64,000 nt of DNA from Ostreococcus lucimarinus. Lineage: Eukaryota. Below are positions 58,805-64,000 of the stretch, piece after piece. The position numbers were made by a program, and so were the translations under genes. Each line of letters opens with the position of its first letter. Position 1 is the first letter of the stretch. The stretch is from the NCBI GenBank assembly GCA_000092065.1, contig CP000586.1; one strand, written 5' to 3'. Under the pieces are notes generated by a model. That model had not been told where the DNA came from, made no database searches, and worked only from the letters and a program-made list of their open reading frames with translations.

Positions 58805-58916
58805 ATGACGACGATGGGACGGGGGATGACGACGACGTCGACGACGACGGCCGTTAACGGCGCGCGCGCGCGCGCGGGACGACGCGCGCGAGCGACGCGC
58901 GCGGTGACGTCGAGAG
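58805..58916 (+). CDS. Ycf45-like ATPase, predicted exon 1 (transit-peptide exon)
   Basis: ATG...MTTMGRGMTTTSTTTAVNGARARAGRRARATRAVTSR ends on a phase-1 donor aG|GTGCGC. A 238-bp intron with ACTGAC branch (59124-59129) and GCGCAG acceptor (59149-59154) joins in frame to exon 2. Inference only. Confidence 0.45.
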
Positions 58917-59154
58917 GTGCGCGCGACGCGGGATGACGGGGAGGGGAGGTGGACGCGACGGGCGGGGGGGGGGACGCGCGGCGCGGACGGAGGGGGGGAC
59001 GCGAGCGACGCGAGCGATGACATCGAAATCGAAACGGCACGATTTTTTTTGAAATGTCGCGGCGCGCGGCGCGACGGGTCGGTCGGACGCGTTCGGCGCG
59101 CGCGCGACGATCGGGGGAGGGTGGACTGACGTGTATTCGTTCGACGCGGCGCAG

Positions 59155-60482
59155 CGGTGGAGATCGATGACGATGGGTACGACGTCGACGATGGGATGAT
59201 TTCGAGCACGGAGTTTGAAGACGACGACGAGCAAGTCACCGTGCGAGACGACTTGACGCGTTTGTACGGCGTCTTGCCCGCGGACGTTCGGGACGCGGTG
59301 AAGAATCATCCGGAACGGAAACATCTGTTGGAGGTGGTGTTGGATCTCGGTCGAGCGCCCGAGGCGAGATTTCTGGGGGAAATTGGGTCGATGTTCCTGC
59401 GCGAGGCGCCAGTGGTGGAAGCTGAGCTCGTCGCGGCGGCGAAGGCGGTGGGGGAGTTTGGTGGGGATAACCGAGCGGGCATCGAAGGCACGTTACATCG
59501 CATTTCGTGCATTCGAAACAGGCGTGGTCACATCGTCGGCATGACGTGTCGCGTTGGACGAGCTGTGACGGGGCATATCGATATGATTCGAGATATTTTA
59601 CCGAGCGGCGAGAGCGTGTTGTTTTTGGGACGTCCGGGTGTCGGAAAGACGACGGTCATCCGCGAAATGGCGCGTGTGTTGAGCGATGAGCTCAAAAAAC
59701 GCGTGGTGATCATCGACACCAGCAACGAGATCGGCGGTGATGGCGACATCCCGCACCCCGCCATCGGGGGCGCGCGGCGAATGCAAGTTCCGGATCCGTC
59801 CATGCAACACCGCGTCATGATCGAAGCCGTGGAGAATCACATGCCCGAGGTGATCATCGTCGATGAAATCGGTACCGAAGCCGAAGCGCTGGCGTGTCGA
59901 ACGATCGCCGAGCGTGGTGTTCAGCTCATTGGTACCGCGCACGGGCAGTTGCTGGAGAACTTGATCAAGAACCCGACGCTGACCGATTTGGTCGGCGGCG
60001 TCCAGACTGTCACGCTCGGCGACGACGAAGCGCGCGCGAGAGGGTGCCAAAAGTCCATCCTCGAGCGTCAAGGTCCGCCGACGTTTCCAATTTTGATCGA
60101 AATGCACGAACGCAACATGTGGGTCGCGCACAACGTCGCTGAAAGCGTCGATGAAGTGCTCAGCGGGGCGCGACCAGTCGTGCAGCTTCGCACTCGCGAT
60201 GGCGAAGGCGAAGTGACGGTGCATCGCACCGTTTACGATATGGACGTCAGTCTTGGCACTGCGAACGTGAGCCATACGCTCGGGGCCATGGGTGGCATAA
60301 TCGCCCCCACGAGTCGTCTGAACAACCGAGCAGATAGCTCGGTCGATGACCCATATGCTTGGGCCCAAACCATCGGCAACGTTCCGGACAAGGACGCTTT
60401 GGACAACGTTTACGGAGGCACGGCGTTCAAGGAAAACAAGAAGCGCGGCAAAAAGACGCGTGCGAACGCCTCCAAGCGTTGA
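59155..60482 (+). CDS. Ycf45-like AAA/P-loop ATPase (SpoIIIAA homologue), main exon
   Basis: LLEVVLDLGRAPEARF...DNRAGIEGTLHRISCIRNRRGHIVGMTCRVGRAV...LFLGRPGVGKTTVIREMARVLS...VIIVDEIGTEAEA; the track ORF starts with GTG at 59157, and the first in-frame ATG (59196) yields an acidic N-terminus without a presequence. Confidence 0.8.
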
Positions 60483-60731
60483 TTCAGGTCAGCGCACCAC
60501 TTTCTACACTAGTACCATCAGAGTATTACCGCACATTACGCTATCATCGCCCGCGACTTACTCATTGCGGGTTTGTATCATATTCAAGATCTCGAGCCGT
60601 CGACATCGACGGCTTCCGCTGTTGTACTTGGAGGCTGTACTATCACGCGGCGCGACACATGCAATGTTATAAAATACGAGATATGTCGTTAAGTTATTAC
60701 ACGTACGAGCGGCCGCCGCTCCATTACTAAA

Positions 60732-62435
60732 TTATCCGCGACCAAACGCGCGTAAAGATTCCGTACCACCGCCGCCGCTCGCTCGAGCGGACGCGGTGAC
60801 GACGTTCTCCTCGGGCGCTGTCACGGGTACTTCTTCTTCAAGCGGAATGTACGCGGGAACTTGCACCGGGATTTTCGACCGACCAACTTTCGTCGGCGTT
60901 CGATGTCTCTGTTCCGCCGGTGTGGTGGACAGTTTCGCGCTCACCGCCGCCCAGCGCACGGCGAAGGCCGACCATCCCTTGGCGACGTGTACTCGGACGT
61001 TTTCGTAGACGCTCGTAACGATTTGACGCGTCTTTAGCGCACGATCTCCCGGTCCGACGCTCAAGGAGATCACCGCCGTAAAGCATCCGAGCTGAATAAG
61101 GCGCGCGAGCGCCCGGATGAGGTGTCTACGCTCCTTACCATCGGGGTCGATCTTGAACTCGTCTTCCTCGTCTTCATCCGAGGCGTACTCGACATTGGAA
61201 TAAATGGTGTGACGCGTGATCGCGGATCGCACCGAGCCCGCGATACTGTAGCGCTTGTGCGCGCCGTGCGCACGCTGCGTAGTCGCGCCCAGCGGCCACC
61301 GGCGATTGGAGTGAAAGGATGAAACATCGGACTTGGCGTCTGGGGAAAACGGCGCCGCGGCGACGGACGCAGGCCCTCGTCGAGGTGGCTTCGTCGGCGA
61401 GGTTATCTTGAACTCGCGGTACTCCTCGACCGTTTGCTCTGCAGTGTGCTTCCTCTTTTGTCTGAAAACCGTACGACCGACGCGATTGATGATGAAGAAC
61501 GGCGAACCTAAAGTAAAGTTCACCGTCTTCCACGCTGCGCCAAACGTATTCGCGAACAATCCCACGATTGGTGCCGCTAGCTTCTTCCCGCCTCGCGGCC
61601 CGATCGAAAGCGTCATGTCGATGCCATTTTCGTTCGCCTCCTCGTACTTCTCAACAAAATCTTCCCCGTACTCCGCACACATCATCTCGCGCGCCGTCGA
61701 CGACATCGTCACCCTCGACACCAACTCTCGATCCGCCGCTTCGATGACTTCCTCAAACGCTCGCGACTGCCTCGTCAACGCGCGTCTCGCCCGCGCTCGA
61801 AACTCCTCCTCCGCCTCCGCGCTCAATCCCGCGCTTTCCAACGCATCGTGCAACCTTCGCGCCACGAATTCATCCGAATTCCGCTCAAACGCCATGACTT
61901 TCGCCTCCACCCTCTCCACCGTCTTGCGCGCGCTATCCTCCAGCGTCCTCGCGCGCGCCCCCGCGCGTTCGCTCGCGTACGCCACCGCGCTCAGCGCTCG
62001 CTCCCCGTCCCGCCGCACCACCGATTCCGCGTGTTCAAACGATTCAAAATTCACGTAATCTTCCATCATCAGCGCTCTGCTCGCCTTACTCGTCGTCTTC
62101 GGTCGTCGTCTCGTCGCCCGATCGAGTCGCGGCGACATCACCCCCGCGCGCATCGCCCGCCAATCTCTCGCCTCTTCGTCCTCGCTCTCCCCCGTCCCGT
62201 CGCCCTCGCGCGCGATCGCCGCGTCATCGACGTTGTTTTCTTTCCCATCGTCGCTCGCGTCGTCGTCCTCGTCGTCGTCGTCGTCCTCGTCGTCGTCGGA
62301 TTCCATCCGTCGCGCGTACGCCCTCGCGAACGCGTCGAGTCGTCCGCGCTTCGCCCGCTGCGCCCGCGCCGGCGACGGGTCCTCGCCGCGCGCGTCGTCG
62401 TATCCTCGCAGCACCGCCGCCGCGACGGTCGCCAT
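60732..62435 (-). CDS. Hypothetical protein (acidic poly-D/E stretch, helical middle region, hydrophobic C-terminal region); function unknown
   Basis: Internal ATG (MATVAAAVLRGY...) chosen so as not to overlap divergent gene at 62548; contains DDDEDDDDDEDDDASDD and ...HLIRALARLIQLGCFTAVISLSVGPG... No family recognised. Confidence 0.4.
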   Translation of the reverse strand: MATVAAAVLRGYDDARGEDPSPARAQRAKRGRLDAFARAYARRMESDDDEDDDDDEDDDASDDGKENNVDDAAIAREGDGTGESEDEEARDWRAMRAGVMSPRLDRATRRRPKTTSKASRALMMEDYVNFESFEHAESVVRRDGERALSAVAYASERAGARARTLEDSARKTVERVEAKVMAFERNSDEFVARRLHDALESAGLSAEAEEEFRARARRALTRQSRAFEEVIEAADRELVSRVTMSSTAREMMCAEYGEDFVEKYEEANENGIDMTLSIGPRGGKKLAAPIVGLFANTFGAAWKTVNFTLGSPFFIINRVGRTVFRQKRKHTAEQTVEEYREFKITSPTKPPRRGPASVAAAPFSPDAKSDVSSFHSNRRWPLGATTQRAHGAHKRYSIAGSVRSAITRHTIYSNVEYASDEDEEDEFKIDPDGKERRHLIRALARLIQLGCFTAVISLSVGPGDRALKTRQIVTSVYENVRVHVAKGWSAFAVRWAAVSAKLSTTPAEQRHRTPTKVGRSKIPVQVPAYIPLEEEVPVTAPEENVVTASARASGGGGTESLRAFGRG

Positions 62436-62547
62436 CGCGCGCGCGTCGCGTTCGGCCGCGGCGAACGGCTCGCGCGCGCGGTTTAAATTTAAATTCAAAA
62501 TCGTTCGCGACGGCGCGTCGGGTCGGCGCACGCGCGCGCGCGCCGCG

Positions 62548-63162
62548 ATGCCGCGCGTCGCGTCCGCGCTGGACAACTGCGGTCTCATCGCCGCGTTCGT
62601 CGCCGTCGTCGCGGCGCAGGCGCTGAAGCCGCTGACGGCGCGCGTCGCCGGCGGCGCGTGGAGGCCCGCGCTCGCGCTCGCGAGCGGTGGATTTCCGAGC
62701 TCGCACAGCGCGTTCGTCACCGCGCTCGCCGCGGGCGTGGGCGCGCAGTGGGGATACGACTCGGGATCGTTCGCGTGCGCGTGCGCGGTGAGCGCGGTGG
62801 TGATGTACGACGCGATGGGGGTGCGAAGACAGGCTGGATTCCACGCGACGGCGATCAACACGCTGGTGGCGAACGCGTACGGGACGCGAGGCGAAGGCGC
62901 GACGACGACGGGGACGACGCGCGAGGAGATGGACGAGGACGGAGGAAGGTATCGAGGCGACGCGGAGAGCGGGGCGCCGCAGGCGGGGGAGTCGCTCACG
63001 GACACGCTGTTCGACGAAGGATTCGACGCGTTCGTCGGGCGGTTGCAAGAGCGACCGCTGCGAGAGCACATCGGGCACACGCCCGTGCAGGTCGTCGCGG
63101 GGGCGGTGACGGGGATCGTGATAGGGATCGCCGTCAGTTTTAGCGTGGTGGGCCCGGAGTGA
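62548..63162 (+). CDS. PAP2-like membrane protein (DUF212 / acid-phosphatase-vanadium-haloperoxidase-related family)
   Basis: GGFPSSHSAFVTALAAGVG...VVMYDAMGVRRQAGFHA...: signature of the divergent-PAP2 DUF212 family; internal ATG of ORF 62233..63162. Confidence 0.7.
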   Translation: MPRVASALDNCGLIAAFVAVVAAQALKPLTARVAGGAWRPALALASGGFPSSHSAFVTALAAGVGAQWGYDSGSFACACAVSAVVMYDAMGVRRQAGFHATAINTLVANAYGTRGEGATTTGTTREEMDEDGGRYRGDAESGAPQAGESLTDTLFDEGFDAFVGRLQERPLREHIGHTPVQVVAGAVTGIVIGIAVSFSVVGPE

Positions 63163-63273
63163 GGCGTTCGGGGGCGGGGAGTCGCTTCTATGTATTGGAA
63201 TCTTATTTTACTAGCCGTCGCGGAAACTGGACAGCTGTCGAATCGCGTCTTCGTCGAATCGAAGACGATCGCA

Positions 63274-64000
63274 CTAAGCCTTCATGCCGATGACGACGAA
63301 CGTCATGAAAATCACCATGACGAGCAAAATGTAAATGCACACGATGGCGACGCTGTGCTTTTGCGACTTCTCGGCTTGTACCAACTCTTTTCGTCCTTGC
63401 TCGACGGACGCCGCCACCTCTTGACAGTTATAGTCGATGCGGTCTAAAATCGTCCCTTGGTCGATGATCAGGGCGGATAAGTCCTTCATCACCGCCCCGA
63501 GGTCTTGCACGGACTCCAAAATTTTCATCACCTCGCGATCGCGCTCGATGCTCACCGTCTCGGCGCGATTCAACATCTCCATACGCAGCATCGACTCGCC
63601 GCCGCCGCCCGCGCTCGCGCCCGCGCCGGCGCCGCTGAACTGCGCGTACGAGTCCAGACCCGCCGCTCCCGGTCCTCGATCTTGCTGCGACTTCAATTTG
63701 GCTAAATAATCCTTCTGCTGTTTCCTAAAATCCTGCGAAAGCTTGTTCAACTCCATCGCCAACTTTCTCTGCGCGTTGACGCGCACGCGCTCCTCCCCAT
63801 CTCCTTCCCCCGTCTCGCTCACGCTCCGTATTGCGACATCGCACCGCTTAAACAGTTTCGTCACTTCCTTCGTCAGCGCCTCCGCGACGACGTCCTCGCC
63901 CGCGACGTCGTCGAAATTTGGCAGCAACGCCTTGGCGTGCGCCTCGCGCAACCCGCGCAGGCTCGTCCGTATCGCCTCCACGTCCCTCGCCGCGTCATCG
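63274..64000 (-). CDS. Qa-SNARE syntaxin (syntaxin-16/Tlg2-like), 5'-partial (N-terminus beyond window end)
   Basis: SNARE motif ALIIDQGTILDRIDYNCQEVAASVEQGRKEL + C-terminal TM (VAIVCIYILLVMVIFMTFVVI). The track start is GTG and the reading frame stays open to the window end. Confidence 0.75.
   Translation of the reverse strand, partial: DDAARDVEAIRTSLRGLREAHAKALLPNFDDVAGEDVVAEALTKEVTKLFKRCDVAIRSVSETGEGDGEERVRVNAQRKLAMELNKLSQDFRKQQKDYLAKLKSQQDRGPGAAGLDSYAQFSGAGAGASAGGGGESMLRMEMLNRAETVSIERDREVMKILESVQDLGAVMKDLSALIIDQGTILDRIDYNCQEVAASVEQGRKELVQAEKSQKHSVAIVCIYILLVMVIFMTFVVIGMKA

Noticed and set aside
59054-59170. Alternative Ycf45 start at ATG 59054 (MSRRAARRVGRTRSARARRSGEGGLTCIRS...)
   Set aside because: It is in a different frame from the Ycf45 body, and the only way to join them would need an intron of about 25 bp. 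The exon at 58805-58916 fits the phase and the donor/branch/acceptor pattern better.
62436-63080. Upstream 215 codons of ORF 60732-63080(-)
   Set aside because: It overlaps the well-supported divergent DUF212/PAP2-like gene (62548-63162, +) and is S/P/A-rich and low-complexity. An internal ATG at 62435 is used instead.
1-64000. Prokaryotic defence island / operon / mobile element interpretation
   Set aside because: Genes alternate strands with eukaryote-specific functions and spliceosomal introns. There are no transposase, integrase, reverse-transcriptase, TIR or LTR structures, and no rRNA or tRNA genes were recognisable by eye.

Overview
This window is GC-rich (about 65% GC by eye), very gene-dense nuclear DNA from a eukaryote. 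It is not a prokaryotic island. The gene content points to a green picoalga, likely a prasinophyte of the Micromonas/Ostreococcus type (inference). Supporting genes are plastid-type starch synthases, Hcf106/TatB, ABC1K, Ycf45, class-II DAHP synthase, NUP205, cohesin Rad21, SNAREs and ATG7.

I can support about 37 protein-coding genes on alternating strands, with intergenic spacers of roughly 30-500 bp. Most genes are intronless. Six short spliceosomal introns (77-238 bp) are inferred. They share a donor GTGAG/GTGCGC/GTACGT, a branch ACTGAC about 17-30 nt upstream of the acceptor, and an acceptor GCGCAG or YAG. These introns repair ORFs that the six-frame track shows as split or shifted: Rad21, the cold-shock protein, the PhyH oxygenase, VAMP7 and Ycf45.

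I saw no rRNA, tRNA, CRISPR, transposase or reverse-transcriptase genes. Repeats are limited to microsatellites and short tandem duplications in promoters and UTRs. I see no self-contained 'new system' of the prokaryotic kind.

The items most worth following up are:
- the intron-rescued gene models
- extremely tight bidirectional promoters, including a palindromic GCATGC in which two opposite-strand ORFs share an ATG
- a recurring (CCAT)n(CCGA)n microsatellite upstream of two genes
- several conserved-looking proteins of unknown function

The ORF track translates GTG/TTG starts as M. In this GC3-biased DNA it also produces many long Arg/Ala-rich spurious antisense ORFs. I therefore re-derived starts from internal ATGs. 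My character counting in long runs may be off by 1 nt in places.
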